A stretch of 64,000 nt of DNA from Acidobacteriota bacterium (lineage in GTDB: Bacteria; Acidobacteriota; Vicinamibacteria; Vicinamibacterales; 2-12-FULL-66-21). The position numbers were made by a program, and so were the translations under genes. The notes beneath the pieces are model-generated. The model saw only the letters and a program-made list of their open reading frames with translations, searched no databases and was not told the origin of the DNA. Shown here piece after piece: positions 9,878 to 20,669 of this stretch. Position 1 is the stretch's first letter; every line of letters begins with the position of its first letter. The stretch is from positions 43,944-107,943 of the forward strand of contig JBKPSH010000004.1 in the NCBI GenBank assembly GCA_046734955.1, in the 5' to 3' direction.

Positions 9878-11242
9878 TCAGGGCAACGTGATTTTTCTAA
9901 TCACCATCTCGGCACCATCACCTGATGCGAGGTAGTAGAGCACGCCTCCCGCGATGGTCGCCGCCGTGGGATCGGTTGTCGGCAGTGAGGCATCGAGAAT
10001 CTGTTGGCGTGTTGCGCGGCGTCCGCTCGAGTCGAGGGTGATGCGGACAGCTCGATACGAACCGTCGCTCTGCTGGATACCAACAAGGGAGCCCTTGTGC
10101 CATCGCACTCGCGACATGTGCGCCAGGTCTACTCCGGCCGCAGCCTTGAGGGACGTCACAGCCTTCGAGGACAAATCGACGACGGCGATTCCATCGGTGG
10201 TGGCGACGTAGACCAGTGCGTCGGACGCCGGAGCAATTGTAGACGGACGCTCTTTGAGCGAAGCAGCGACCTCGAGATCGGCCGCTCTCGATCGGAGCCG
10301 GAAGATTCGTTGGCCCGAGTCGTCGAGAATGAGCACGGTGCTGTCGGCCGTCACCGCGACGTCCGCGAATCGCGCATCGCCAAAACGATCCGGCACCGCA
10401 AAGCTTTGCAGAACCCGCCCGGAGATGAGTTGCAGCTTGTGCAGCGTTGTCCGTGCGGCGGCCGTACCGCCGGTGGCATTGTCCGCAGGCGACGAATCGC
10501 TACTGACCACCCAGAGATTTCCCAGACGCGGATCAATTTCCAGCGCGGCGATGTTGCCAAAGCCGGCAGATTGCGCGCTGGCGAGATTCGCGACGTGCTG
10601 CGAAAACTCGTCGACGACCGTGAGCTTGCGTCCGTCTCGGTCGCCGACGATGAACCGTCGCGAGACGCCGTCGTACGCGATACCCGCAGGCGTTGCCGCC
10701 GAGCCAGTGAAACGCAGCGACTCACTGGGTGCGACACCCGGCGCAGCCGCACGTGATTCGACCGCTTTCGCCGTCGCATTCACCGAGTTCTCCGGCGCTG
10801 CCGGCGGCTTCACGCGATTCGCCGCGTGGTCTCGCGGTTGACTCTGCGCTGGCGAGGCTGACGGTTGTGCCGGCGCCCCCGTGTCCGCTGCCGCGCCGAA
10901 TGCTGACCATCCAGGAAGCGCGCGAACGCGGCGGAAGTCGTCATTGGTCGCTGCGTCGTTCTTGTTTCCCATTTGCGCCAGACGTTGCAGCATGACGAGC
11001 GCGTCGCCCGGCCGGCCGCTCAGGCTTTGCGCGCGGGCGAGCATATACATGATCTCCGGGTCGTTCTTCGGCCCCGTCTGCACCGTGCGCCACGCGAGGT
11101 CGTGAAAGCGTTCGTAGTCCTGTCGCTCCGCAGCCTCGAGCGCGAGTTGACGGCACTCGTGCCACTCCTTGCAGTCGCCGGGTGGCTGAGCATCCTGAAA
11201 CGAGAGAGTGATGACGACGAGGGCGAGATGGGCCAGGGGCAT
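9878..11242 (-). CDS. Secreted hypothetical protein (helical/TPR-like N-terminus, SMP-30/NHL-like propeller C-terminus)
   Basis: 454-aa ORF with signal peptide, Ala/Pro linker and GIAYD..RRFIVGD blade-like repeats. Confidence 0.6.
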   Translation of the reverse strand: MPLAHLALVVITLSFQDAQPPGDCKEWHECRQLALEAAERQDYERFHDLAWRTVQTGPKNDPEIMYMLARAQSLSGRPGDALVMLQRLAQMGNKNDAATNDDFRRVRALPGWSAFGAAADTGAPAQPSASPAQSQPRDHAANRVKPPAAPENSVNATAKAVESRAAAPGVAPSESLRFTGSAATPAGIAYDGVSRRFIVGDRDGRKLTVVDEFSQHVANLASAQSAGFGNIAALEIDPRLGNLWVVSSDSSPADNATGGTAAARTTLHKLQLISGRVLQSFAVPDRFGDARFADVAVTADSTVLILDDSGQRIFRLRSRAADLEVAASLKERPSTIAPASDALVYVATTDGIAVVDLSSKAVTSLKAAAGVDLAHMSRVRWHKGSLVGIQQSDGSYRAVRITLDSSGRRATRQQILDASLPTTDPTAATIAGGVLYYLASGDGAEMVIRKITLP

Positions 11243-11268
11243 GTAGGGGTTAGACCATATTACTCCCG

Positions 11269-11341
11269 GTTTTTAGTTTTTCGTTTTTGGTTTTTGGTTT
11301 TTGTTTATCGAAACACTCAAAACAAAAACCCAAAACCAAAC
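11269..11341. repeat. Inverted pair of 7-bp arrays (GTTTTTG)n / (CAAAACC)n
   Basis: Directly visible; the two arms are near-complementary. Confidence 0.85.
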
Positions 11342-11351
11342 TGACGACCGT

Positions 11352-13778
11352 TCAGGATTCTCGTAGCGCCTCAATAGGATCGATCTCGGTCGCGCGTCGT
11401 GCCGGAATGTAACAGGCTGCCAGCGCGACCATGATGAGCAACACTGGAACCCCGATAAATACGGACGCATCGTGCTGGCCGACACCAAAGAGCAGCGTCT
11501 GCAGGAAACGGGACAGAGCGAATGAGCCGACGAGACCAATCGCGACGCCAATCAATGTCGTGCGTATTCCGTGCGTCAGCACCAACGACAAAATCGCACG
11601 GCGATTTGCGCCCAGTGCCTGACGGATGCCAAATTCGCGAGCACGCTGCGCAACGCCGAACGCGAGCACGCCATAAATACCGATGGCCGACAACACAAGC
11701 GCGACGCCGCCGAACAGCGCAAGCAGCACCATCGGCGCGCGACGCGTCGCGAGCGAACGCGCGACCCACTGATCCATCGTCCGCACACCAGCAATCGGCT
11801 GCTCGGGATCGATCGAGAGAACCGCTTCGCGCAATGGCGCCACCAGCGTGGACGGGTCGAGACTTGTCTTGAGGACGACAGCCATGCGGGCCGGCGCCGC
11901 CTGGGTCACCGGATAGTAGATGCGCTCTTTAATGACCGGCTGTGCCAAATCAATCCCGTTGATCGTACCGACGACGCCGACGATCGTGAGTTTGGGGCTG
12001 TTCGGACCGCCGCGTTGAATCTGGTGGCCAAGGGCGCTCTGTCCAGCGAAGTATCGGCGGACGAGATACTGATCCACGACAACAACCGGCGGACTGTCGG
12101 CCGTATCGGCATCGGTGAACAAACGGCCTTCGAGAAGCGGGATCTGCATCGCCCGGAAGTAATCGCCGCCGACAACTTCCTGACGTCCGTGTGGTGCGGT
12201 CTCGGTCGGTCCTGGCGTGTAACCGACAATTGAATATGATCCGGAACTCACGTTCCCGCTGAGTGGAATGTTCGTGGTCAGTCCCGCAGCAGTAACGCCG
12301 GGAAGGGATCGGGCCTTGTCAATAAGCCGAACCCAGAAGGCGCGACGAGCACCAGCATCAGGGTAGCGAACCGCCGGCAATCCGACCTGCGCAGTCAACA
12401 CGTTCTCGGTCGTGAACCCCGGGTCGACGCGCTGGAGCCGCGCGAAGCTCTTGAGCAACAGGCCGGCACCGACCAGCAGCATGAGCGCAAGCGCGGTCTC
12501 GCCGACGACGAGCGCCGCGCGCGTAAAGCCGGTCGCTTTGCTTGCGCTGCCACGCGTGCTGTCGTCTTTCAAGTACGCCGACGTGTTTCCCCGAATCACC
12601 GCAATTGCGGGGACCGCACCAAAGATCAAACCGGTGACGATCGAGAGAATGACCGTAAAGAGCAACACGGCAGGTTGAAGCGAGACATCGCTTGCAACCG
12701 GCAATTGCTGCGCGCTCATTGCAATCAAACCTTGCACGCCGGCCAGCCCGAGAACGAGGCCACCGACGCCGCCGAGCACCGACAGCACGACACCCTCGGT
12801 GAGCATCTGGCGAAGCAACCGCCAGTGACCGGCGCCCAGCGTCGTGCGGATCGCCAGCTCGCGGCCTCGGCCTGTAGCACGCATCAGCAGCAGATTTGCG
12901 ACATTGGCGCAGGCAATCAGCAACACGAGGATCACACCTGCCTGCAGGACTAACAACGGCGTGCGGACATCGCCGACCAACTGATCGCGCATCGAGACGG
13001 CGTATCCACCAAAGCCGCTCAATTGAGCGAACCGCGCGCGGGCCGGCAGCCGCTCCATATTGCGATCGACAATCGTCTTCATCTGCGCGTTCACTTCGGC
13101 GATCGTTGCGCCGGGCCGGAGACGCGCGATCATCATGCTGAATTCGTTTCCGCGCGCGTTATCGGACGTCTGCTCTGGTGTGAAGGAAAACGGCAGCAGG
13201 ACTGCCACATCACGTGACGGCAGTTCGAAATCGGCAGACAACACACCCACCACGCGACAGGGCTCACCGTTCACGCGAACGTCGCGACCGACAATCCCTC
13301 GATCCGCACCGAACCGCGAGCTCCATAACGCGTGGGTCAGGATGACGAACTTATCGGCTCCCGGCTTCGCCTCCTCGTCGGTAAACCCGCGGCCAAGAAA
13401 CGGCTGTCGGCCGAGTGTAGAAAAGAACGACGGCGTGACTGCGAGTGCGGCCAGCTGCTCGGGACGTCCTTCTTCGGCGAGGTTCGCGACACGAGGGGTG
13501 AATAGTGCGGCGTCCTCAATTGCTGGAGCCTGAAACTTGCGATCCAGGTAGTCGGGAATCGAGACACTGGCCTGCGGGAGCCCCATGAGCGGGTACGTGT
13601 TCCAGACAAAGACGAGGCGCTCGGGGGAACCATAGGGCAGCGGTCTCAGCAGGGCCTGATAGAGGACGCTGAAGATCGCCGTGTTTGCGCCGATGCCCAA
13701 CGTGAGCGTGAGCACCGCAACCAGCGTGAAGATCGGCTGTTTTCTGAGTGCGCGAAGGGCGTAGCGGATGTCTTGCAT
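11352..13778 (-). CDS. ABC transporter permease, ADOP-type
   Basis: Start MQDIRYALR; LGIGANTAIFS, LLIACANVANL, REFGIRQALGA, PARRAT. Confidence 0.9.
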   Translation of the reverse strand: MQDIRYALRALRKQPIFTLVAVLTLTLGIGANTAIFSVLYQALLRPLPYGSPERLVFVWNTYPLMGLPQASVSIPDYLDRKFQAPAIEDAALFTPRVANLAEEGRPEQLAALAVTPSFFSTLGRQPFLGRGFTDEEAKPGADKFVILTHALWSSRFGADRGIVGRDVRVNGEPCRVVGVLSADFELPSRDVAVLLPFSFTPEQTSDNARGNEFSMMIARLRPGATIAEVNAQMKTIVDRNMERLPARARFAQLSGFGGYAVSMRDQLVGDVRTPLLVLQAGVILVLLIACANVANLLLMRATGRGRELAIRTTLGAGHWRLLRQMLTEGVVLSVLGGVGGLVLGLAGVQGLIAMSAQQLPVASDVSLQPAVLLFTVILSIVTGLIFGAVPAIAVIRGNTSAYLKDDSTRGSASKATGFTRAALVVGETALALMLLVGAGLLLKSFARLQRVDPGFTTENVLTAQVGLPAVRYPDAGARRAFWVRLIDKARSLPGVTAAGLTTNIPLSGNVSSGSYSIVGYTPGPTETAPHGRQEVVGGDYFRAMQIPLLEGRLFTDADTADSPPVVVVDQYLVRRYFAGQSALGHQIQRGGPNSPKLTIVGVVGTINGIDLAQPVIKERIYYPVTQAAPARMAVVLKTSLDPSTLVAPLREAVLSIDPEQPIAGVRTMDQWVARSLATRRAPMVLLALFGGVALVLSAIGIYGVLAFGVAQRAREFGIRQALGANRRAILSLVLTHGIRTTLIGVAIGLVGSFALSRFLQTLLFGVGQHDASVFIGVPVLLIMVALAACYIPARRATEIDPIEALRES

Positions 13779-13837
13779 GGGCTGTTGGACGGTGCAGGAT
13801 AGCAAAGAGTTGCGATATTCCGCTACGATGCGCGCAC

Positions 13838-15184
13838 GTGCGACGCGCGGCCTTTCCCCATCCGCTCACACTCCTCACAGCCTGTATCCTGGCCGCCGCG
13901 GTCGCAAGTTACGTCCTGCCCGCGGGCCAGTACGATCGCCGGGATGACCCGATCACCGGACGCGCGGTTGTCGTCGCGGGAACCTATCACCATGTCGAGC
14001 GCACGCCGGTCGGGCCCTTTCAGGCATTGGTCGCGATTCCAAAAGGACTCGGCGCAGCAGGCTCGGTTGTCTTCCTCGTGTTCCTGGTCGGCGGCGCGTT
14101 CACCGTCGTGGATGAAACCGGTGCGCTGCGGCAGGCGGTAACCTGGCTCGTTCGGCGCTTGCAGAGCCGCGAGACGCTCGTCATTCCCATCGTGTCGCTC
14201 ACCTTTGCGACGGGCGGTGCGCTGGAGCACATGTCCGAAGAGATCATCGCGCTCGTGCCGGTCCTGCTCCTGGTGACACGACGTCTTGGATTCGATGCGG
14301 TGACAGCAGTCGCGATCAGCATCGGTGCCGCGGGCGTCGGTGCGGCGTTCAGTCCGATCGACCCATTTCAGGTTCAGATCGCGCAGAAGCTCGCCGGGCT
14401 TCCATTGCTCTCTGGATCCGGCTTCCGGTTGTGCGTGATGGCAGTCGCGCTCGCGGGGTGGATCTGGGGAACGTGGCGGCACGCGGTCCGGACACGAATC
14501 GTCCCGGAACAACGCGGCGACGAAAGCGTGACGGACGTCGCGCTGGATGCGAGGCGAACGATCGTGCTGCTTCTGGTGCTCGCAACATTCGTCGTCTTTG
14601 TCTACGGAATCATGCAACTCGGCTGGGACTTCGACCAGATGTCGGCGTTGTTCTTCGCGATGGGAGTCCTGGCCGGATTGGTCGGAGGCCTCGGTGCCGC
14701 CGGCACCGCCCAGGCATTCGTCACCGGCTTCACGTCGATGGCCTACGCGGCGATGCTGATTGGATTCGCGCGTGCGATCTTCGTCGTGCTTGACGAAGGA
14801 CGAATCATCGACACCATCGTCCAGGGCCTGGTCACGCCACTGCAAAGTCTGCCGCTCGTCATGTCTGCGCTCGGCATGTTGATCGTCCAGGCCGCGGTGC
14901 ATCTGCCAGTGCCGAGCGTCAGCGGTCAGGCGGTGTTGACGATGCCGGTCCTAGTTCCGATGTCCGACTTGATTGGCCTGTCGCGTCAGGTGGTGGTCCT
15001 GGCGTATCAGTACGGTGCCGGTCTGATGGAACTGCTCACACCAACCAATGGCGCGCTGATGGCAGTGACGGCAGCGGCAGGAGTGAAATACGGCGACTGG
15101 CTCAAGTTCGCCGTTCCGCTCTTTGCCGCGCTTCTCGCACTCTCAGCGGTTGCGCTCGTGGTCGCGATCGCACTCAGGATTTGA
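13838..15184 (+). CDS. YfcC/DcuC-like (C4-dicarboxylate anaerobic carrier family) transporter
   Basis: FPHP, PAGQYDR, PSVSGQAVLTMP, LAYQYGAG, PTNG motifs; GTG start at 13838 inferred. Confidence 0.85.
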   Translation: MRRAAFPHPLTLLTACILAAAVASYVLPAGQYDRRDDPITGRAVVVAGTYHHVERTPVGPFQALVAIPKGLGAAGSVVFLVFLVGGAFTVVDETGALRQAVTWLVRRLQSRETLVIPIVSLTFATGGALEHMSEEIIALVPVLLLVTRRLGFDAVTAVAISIGAAGVGAAFSPIDPFQVQIAQKLAGLPLLSGSGFRLCVMAVALAGWIWGTWRHAVRTRIVPEQRGDESVTDVALDARRTIVLLLVLATFVVFVYGIMQLGWDFDQMSALFFAMGVLAGLVGGLGAAGTAQAFVTGFTSMAYAAMLIGFARAIFVVLDEGRIIDTIVQGLVTPLQSLPLVMSALGMLIVQAAVHLPVPSVSGQAVLTMPVLVPMSDLIGLSRQVVVLAYQYGAGLMELLTPTNGALMAVTAAAGVKYGDWLKFAVPLFAALLALSAVALVVAIALRI

Positions 15185-15195
15185 GATCATGAGCC

Positions 15196-15654
15196 ATGTT
15201 CAAACAGGTGTGCATTGTCATCACCGCTGCCGTGATGATCGCGTCGTGCTCCGGCAAACCGCAATCAACTGAGAGTAGTTCGACCCCATCGATCCCTGCA
15301 CCGCCTGACGTCGCCGCTCCTCCTGCCGACGCGGTACGCACGCCTACCGGTCTTGTATCCAAAGTGCTGTCGCCAGGCACCGGCACTCGTCATCCTCGAC
15401 CGAACTCCCAGGTCGTCGTGCACTACACGGGGTGGACGACGGATGGGAAGATGTTCGACAGCTCAGTCACGAAAGGCCAGCCCGCGACGATGAGTCTCGA
15501 TGGCGTCATCGCCGGCTGGACGGAGGGGGTTCAGATGATGGTCGTCGGCGAGAAGCGGCGATTCTGGATTCCTGCGAAACTCGCTTACGAGGGAAAAGAC
15601 GGCCCACAAGGGACGTTGGTATTTGATATTGAATTGATCCGAATAGAATCCTGA
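15196..15654 (+). CDS. FKBP-type peptidyl-prolyl isomerase (lipoprotein)
   Basis: Lipobox IASC; VHYTGW, FDSS, VIAGWTEG, IPAKLAY. Confidence 0.92.
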   Translation: MFKQVCIVITAAVMIASCSGKPQSTESSSTPSIPAPPDVAAPPADAVRTPTGLVSKVLSPGTGTRHPRPNSQVVVHYTGWTTDGKMFDSSVTKGQPATMSLDGVIAGWTEGVQMMVVGEKRRFWIPAKLAYEGKDGPQGTLVFDIELIRIES

Positions 15655-16334
15655 AGAGGCGCGCCCACAGGAGCCTTTCGACCGCGCCTGAACATTCCGC
15701 CCAGCACGCGCGCGAGTTCGACTTTGGGAACCGGGCTCGTCTGGATCGAGACACGACCGTCGCGAATCGCCGCACAAATCGAATCCGGATCACGATCGGC
15801 GAGCACGAGCGAGTACGTCCGGCCCAGTTGCCGGAGATCGTGCAAATCGGAATTCGCCACCAGCGGCTTACCGTGTTTCGCCCCGAACCGCGCCGCTTTC
15901 GCGTTGAAGTTCAACCCTCGCGTCCAGAAGTAGCTCCACTCGATCGCATCGAACAGATCAACGTGGCGATCGAGACACGAGCGGAGGCAGGTCCTGTCCG
16001 GAAAGTAAGGGTGCGCGGCAATGACGACACCATTCCCGGTTCGGCGAAGCTCCGCGAGATCCTCAAAGGTGCGAACGTGGTCGGTACGGTCCGCGAAGTT
16101 CAGGAGGACTACGTGGCGGCCGTCAATTGTCCGCTCGACGCCGGCGACGAGCACGATTCCGCGCTCGCGCGCATAGGTCTCGAGCGTGGGATCGCGCAGA
16201 TCGCAGTCGTGGAGGGTCAGCGCGAGGGCATCGAATCCGAGCTGAGCTGCTCTATCGATCAACTGGTGGGCATTGTGGTCGATCACGTCCACCGGATCCT
16301 CCGAACTGTGGAGGTGCAGGTCTACTTTCAGCAA
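15585..16334 (-). CDS. PHP domain phosphoesterase
   Basis: DLHLHS, TLHD, AAHP, NSDLH; 3' end overlaps the convergent FKBP gene by 70 bp. Confidence 0.85.
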   Translation of the reverse strand: MLKVDLHLHSSEDPVDVIDHNAHQLIDRAAQLGFDALALTLHDCDLRDPTLETYARERGIVLVAGVERTIDGRHVVLLNFADRTDHVRTFEDLAELRRTGNGVVIAAHPYFPDRTCLRSCLDRHVDLFDAIEWSYFWTRGLNFNAKAARFGAKHGKPLVANSDLHDLRQLGRTYSLVLADRDPDSICAAIRDGRVSIQTSPVPKVELARVLGGMFRRGRKAPVGAPLQDSIRINSISNTNVPCGPSFPS

Positions 16335-16491
16335 ATTAACGCCTCATCTAACGCGCCGGAACGGCTACAGAGCAATGGTTGTTCCCGTGGGCCAATCTTC
16401 TATTGTACGGCCGGGCCCGGTTTTTCCGGCGAGATCCGGCCTGGTGCAATTACATTGTTGAAATTGCCTCCCTCGGGCGGAACAAAAGTCA

Positions 16492-19400
16492 TCAGGACAG
16501 CAGCATTTCCAGATCTTCGGCGTTCAGCGAACGGATTAGTCCCGCGTCGGCATTGAGAATGGCGTCAGCAAGCGCGCGCTTCGTTTGCTGAAGTTCCGCG
16601 ACCTTTTCTTCCACGGTGTCGCGAGCGAGGAGGCGGTACGCGAAGACGTGTCGCGACTGTCCGATGCGATGCGCGCGATCGATCGCCTGCGCCTCGACCG
16701 CCGGATTCCACCACGGGTCGAGAAGGAAGACGTACTCGGCCGCAGTCAGGTTCAGGCCGAGTCCACCCGCTTTGAGGCTGATCAGGAATAACGGGCAAGA
16801 TGGATCGGTCTGAAATCGCTCGACGCGCGATGCACGATCGCGGGTACGGCCGTCCAGGTACTCATAGGGTGTGTGCAGCGCGTCGAGCCGCGGGCGAAGC
16901 AATGCGAGCAGGCTCGTGAACTGCGAAAACACCAGGGCCTTGTGCCCTTCGGCGATGACTTCGAGCAACCTCGGAATCAGCACTTCGAACTTCGCCGACG
17001 GCTCGTCCGCGCGCGATGGATCGATCAATGCGCTGTGGCAGGCGGCCTGCCGTAACCGCAACAGCGCCTCGAGGATCTGCATCTTCGATCGATTGACCCC
17101 ATCGCGGGCAATCCGGGCAAGAAGCGTGTCGCGATAATGCGCCCGCAGTTCGTCGTAGTGGCGGCGCTGCGCCGGCTCGAGTTCACATTGCAGCGTCTGT
17201 TCAGTTCGTCGCGGCAGTTCCGGAGCGACCTGCTCTTTCGTGCGGCGGAGGATGAATGGGCGAAGCGCGCGCGAGAGCCACTCGACGTCAGCATCGCCGC
17301 GGTTTCGAGCGCTGCTCACCCGTTGAAACGCCTTCGCCGACCCAAGCAAACCGGGGTTCAGGAATTCGAACAGGCTCCACAATTCGCCGAGGTGATTTTC
17401 GATGGGCGTGCCACTCAACGCCAGCCGGTAACGGGCACGCAGCAGGCGCGCCGCTTTCGCCGAGGCGGTGGCGGCGTTCTTGATGGCCTGCGCCTCATCA
17501 AGAATCGCGTAGTCGAACTCGATCGCATGCAGTGCGGCCGCATCCCGCCGAAGCGTTCCATACGTCGTCAGCACGACATCAGCCCCGCGGATCGCGGCGG
17601 GATCACGCTGGACGCCGGTGTAATCGACGACCTTCAACTTCGGCGCGAACCGGGCCGCTTCATCGCGCCAGTTGAACACGAGCGAGCGCGGCACGACGAC
17701 AATCGACGGAGCCTTCGTGTCGCCGGTTTTCAGCTGCCGCCTGGCGTCGAGCAGGGCCAGCACCATGACCGTCTTGCCGAGACCCATGTCGTCGGCGAGA
17801 CACCCACCGAACTGAAAACGGCGAAGGAACGAAAACCACCCGAGGGCCTCGCGCTGATATTCGCGCAGCGTGCCGCGAAACGACGACGACGGATCTTCCG
17901 CGACGATGCCGCCGAACGTGCGAAGCTCGGACCGAATCTGGGCGAAGGTCTCGTCGTAGGAAATCGCTGGCTGTGCGGCGAGCAGCGCGTCGAGCAGCGC
18001 CGCCTGCGATCGACCGAATCGAATCGCATCGCCGGCGGTATTCCCGAAGCTGGCAATGCCGGCGTACCGTTGGAGCCATTCCTCCGGCAGCAGTCCGACG
18101 CTGCCGTCGTCGAGCACGACTACGTCTTCGCCACGCGCGATGGCGGCCAGCAGTTGGGGAAATGGCGCGGATCGACCATCTCCGAAATCAATCGCGCCAT
18201 GCAGGTCGAACCAGTCGATTCCCGAGGACACCTGGAGCCGCATGCCGAGCGCAGGACGAAACGCGCGCCCTTCGGCTTCCACCCGCCAGCCTTCATTGAC
18301 GAGCGTGTGGACGATCCGCGGGAACTGCTCGGGGGACACGCCGAGCAGCTGACGCGACTCAAAGTGGCTCCACGTGTAGCGAAATCCAAGTTCGTGCAGA
18401 CGGTCGATCGCCGCCTGTTCGGTGTCGCGGTCGCGGCGAACCAGCCGGCGATTGGCGGCATCGTAGGCAGCCGCAGCTGCCGGTCCCTCGACAACCGCGC
18501 CGTCATAGTCGAACTGCACGGTTGCGCGAAGATCCTGCCGTAGCGCGTACGGGTTCTGTCGTTCTGGCCGTGACACCCGCACGCGTGGACGCGGCGTTCC
18601 TTCTACGACGTCATACCGAAGCTCAGGCGGCAGTGCGACCGGATCGAGCCCGGATCGCGCGACGGTCTCGACGAGTGCGGCGGACTGCGCGCGGGGGATC
18701 GCAATCGGACCAAAGCTGCGGAGATGAGCAATCCACGGAAACGCGGTCCCGACTTCAAGACGCGCAAGCGCCGTCTCGGTAAACAGGAACCCGCGGCTCA
18801 GTAGGAGCACCGGTTCACGAAGATCGAGATGATGGCCGTCTCGGACAAAGCTGCCGGCGACACGAATCGGATCAGTCCCATTGTCGGCGGCAATCTGCAG
18901 GTCGAATCGCCACGGCGGACCGTCGTCCCACACAAACCCGAAGAAACCCTGGTGGTCGCCACGCCGATCGAGAACACCGCGTCCGGATCGCGCAATGAGC
19001 GGCAGGACGACGTCTTCGAGCGGGCCATTCAGCGTGTAGCGTGCGCGTGAATATCCGGGCTCGTACGTCGTGCCGTAGGCCCAGGGATTTCCTGCACCAA
19101 GAAGCAGCGACAGGATTTCACGATCGGCAGCATCGGCGAGGTGTTCCGACTCGTTGGCTGTCACGTTGGCCGGCCGCGGCTTGCTCCACGCGCCGTTCTT
19201 GCGCCGCTGCCGGAACAGCAGGTTGATGACGGTTCCGAATCCCTTCAAGGTTTCGCGAACGTCGATCGAGTAAATCAGTTCGCCGTTCGAAAAGCGCGGC
19301 GCGGGACGCGCCCGCTCGGCAGCGACGACGTCGCGCTGGAGTTCGTTGAGAAAACGCTCCCACGCCGGTCGGGCCGCTGCACGTGCGGCGCCGCCCGGCA

Positions 19401-19755
19401 ACGCGGCGGCGGCCTCGTCGGCAGTCGGCAAGTACTCGGCCTCGAGTGTCGCCTCGGGCAGGATGGTGCCCTCCCCGGCGAGCAAACCGCGCCGTTCCGC
19501 TTCGAGCAGCGCCGCCCAGATGTGTTTGCAGATCTCTCCCCGGTCCATGTAGTAGGGGCACTCGCACGAGGCGGTAAAGCGATCGGTGCCGCTTTCGCGC
19601 CTGAGCTCGACGAGGTAATCACGCGTCCCGCGCACGGTCGCGTGCGCACTCCATTCACCGCCGGCGATCTCGATCACACCACCGGATCGGAAGTAGTCGG
19701 CGCCTTTCGCTCGGGTGCGTCCGCTGACGCGTGGAATGAGGGTTTTGATGAACAT
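16492..19755 (-). CDS. SWIM zinc finger + SNF2-family helicase
   Basis: CEC..CKH SWIM; LADDMGLGKT, DEAQAIKN, SGTPIEN, QAIDRAHRIGQ. Confidence 0.93.
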   Translation of the reverse strand: MFIKTLIPRVSGRTRAKGADYFRSGGVIEIAGGEWSAHATVRGTRDYLVELRRESGTDRFTASCECPYYMDRGEICKHIWAALLEAERRGLLAGEGTILPEATLEAEYLPTADEAAAALPGGAARAAARPAWERFLNELQRDVVAAERARPAPRFSNGELIYSIDVRETLKGFGTVINLLFRQRRKNGAWSKPRPANVTANESEHLADAADREILSLLLGAGNPWAYGTTYEPGYSRARYTLNGPLEDVVLPLIARSGRGVLDRRGDHQGFFGFVWDDGPPWRFDLQIAADNGTDPIRVAGSFVRDGHHLDLREPVLLLSRGFLFTETALARLEVGTAFPWIAHLRSFGPIAIPRAQSAALVETVARSGLDPVALPPELRYDVVEGTPRPRVRVSRPERQNPYALRQDLRATVQFDYDGAVVEGPAAAAAYDAANRRLVRRDRDTEQAAIDRLHELGFRYTWSHFESRQLLGVSPEQFPRIVHTLVNEGWRVEAEGRAFRPALGMRLQVSSGIDWFDLHGAIDFGDGRSAPFPQLLAAIARGEDVVVLDDGSVGLLPEEWLQRYAGIASFGNTAGDAIRFGRSQAALLDALLAAQPAISYDETFAQIRSELRTFGGIVAEDPSSSFRGTLREYQREALGWFSFLRRFQFGGCLADDMGLGKTVMVLALLDARRQLKTGDTKAPSIVVVPRSLVFNWRDEAARFAPKLKVVDYTGVQRDPAAIRGADVVLTTYGTLRRDAAALHAIEFDYAILDEAQAIKNAATASAKAARLLRARYRLALSGTPIENHLGELWSLFEFLNPGLLGSAKAFQRVSSARNRGDADVEWLSRALRPFILRRTKEQVAPELPRRTEQTLQCELEPAQRRHYDELRAHYRDTLLARIARDGVNRSKMQILEALLRLRQAACHSALIDPSRADEPSAKFEVLIPRLLEVIAEGHKALVFSQFTSLLALLRPRLDALHTPYEYLDGRTRDRASRVERFQTDPSCPLFLISLKAGGLGLNLTAAEYVFLLDPWWNPAVEAQAIDRAHRIGQSRHVFAYRLLARDTVEEKVAELQQTKRALADAILNADAGLIRSLNAEDLEMLLS

Positions 19756-19796
19756 TGATGCCGAGCCGTCCAGTATAACGGCAAGGGGCCCCTGAA

Positions 19797-19919
19797 ATTG
19801 CTGATTTCTGATTGCTGATTTCTGATTGCATGGTGTCCCTCGATCAGCAATCGAAAATCAGCAATCAGCAATTTCAGCCTCTTGATCGCGCGGCAATCAC
19901 CATTCAACAATCAGCAATC
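19797..19919. repeat. Inverted 7-bp arrays (CTGATT[G/T])n / (CAGCAAT)n
   Basis: Directly visible between the divergent SNF2 and TauE genes. Confidence 0.85.
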
Positions 19920-19922
19920 CCG

Positions 19923-20669
19923 TTGCCTCATCTATCCCCCACTCAGTGGTTGCTCGCCGTGGTCGCGGCGGTCGGTATCGGCATGTCGAAATCCGGGCTC
20001 GCGGGAATGAGCCTGGTGCAGGTATTGATTCTTGCGTTCCTGTTTGGCGCGCGTGAATCAACAGGCGTGGTGCTACCGATGCTGATCGTCGGCGACATCT
20101 GTGCGGTCAGCATCTTTCATCAGCACGCGCGATGGAGTTACGTCCGGCGAATGCTGCCGCCGGCATGTCTCGGTGTGGTCATCGCCGCCATCGCGATGCG
20201 ATGGCTGAATGAGGCGGTGTACAGGCCGATCATCGGCGTGATTATTCTGTCGCTGACAGTGCTGCAGGTGATGCGTTCGGTTCGCCCGGCGTGGTTTAGT
20301 CATGTGCCGCACACGACGTGGTTCACGTGGACGATCGGATTGATCGCGGGCGGAGCCACAATGCTGGCCAATGCTGCTGGACCGATCTTCACGATCTACT
20401 GCCTCGCAGTCGCCCTGCCCAAGTTCGAGCTCGTCGGCACCAGCGCGTGGTTCTTTTTCATCATCAACTCGTTCAAGGTTCCCTTCAGCGTCGCGCTCGG
20501 ACTCATTCACGGCAGAACGCTCCTGTTGAATGCGATCCTCACTCCTGCGATCCTGTCGGGCATCTTCATCGGCCGATGGTTGACCGCTCACATCCCTCAG
20601 CGCTTGTTCGACGGTCTGCTGCTGGCGTTCGCCTTCGTCGCCGCACTGCGGTTGGTGGGACTGCTGTGA
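19923..20669 (+). CDS. Sulfite exporter TauE/SafE family membrane protein
   Basis: GMSKSG, LPMLIVGD, MLANAAGP, NSFKVPF; start TTG 19923 inferred. Confidence 0.85.
   Translation: MPHLSPTQWLLAVVAAVGIGMSKSGLAGMSLVQVLILAFLFGARESTGVVLPMLIVGDICAVSIFHQHARWSYVRRMLPPACLGVVIAAIAMRWLNEAVYRPIIGVIILSLTVLQVMRSVRPAWFSHVPHTTWFTWTIGLIAGGATMLANAAGPIFTIYCLAVALPKFELVGTSAWFFFIINSFKVPFSVALGLIHGRTLLLNAILTPAILSGIFIGRWLTAHIPQRLFDGLLLAFAFVAALRLVGLL

Noticed and set aside
16492-19755. SNF2 helicase as part of an anti-phage system
   Set aside because: The SWIM-SNF2 architecture is a common housekeeping type, and no methylase, nuclease or other defence partner is adjacent.
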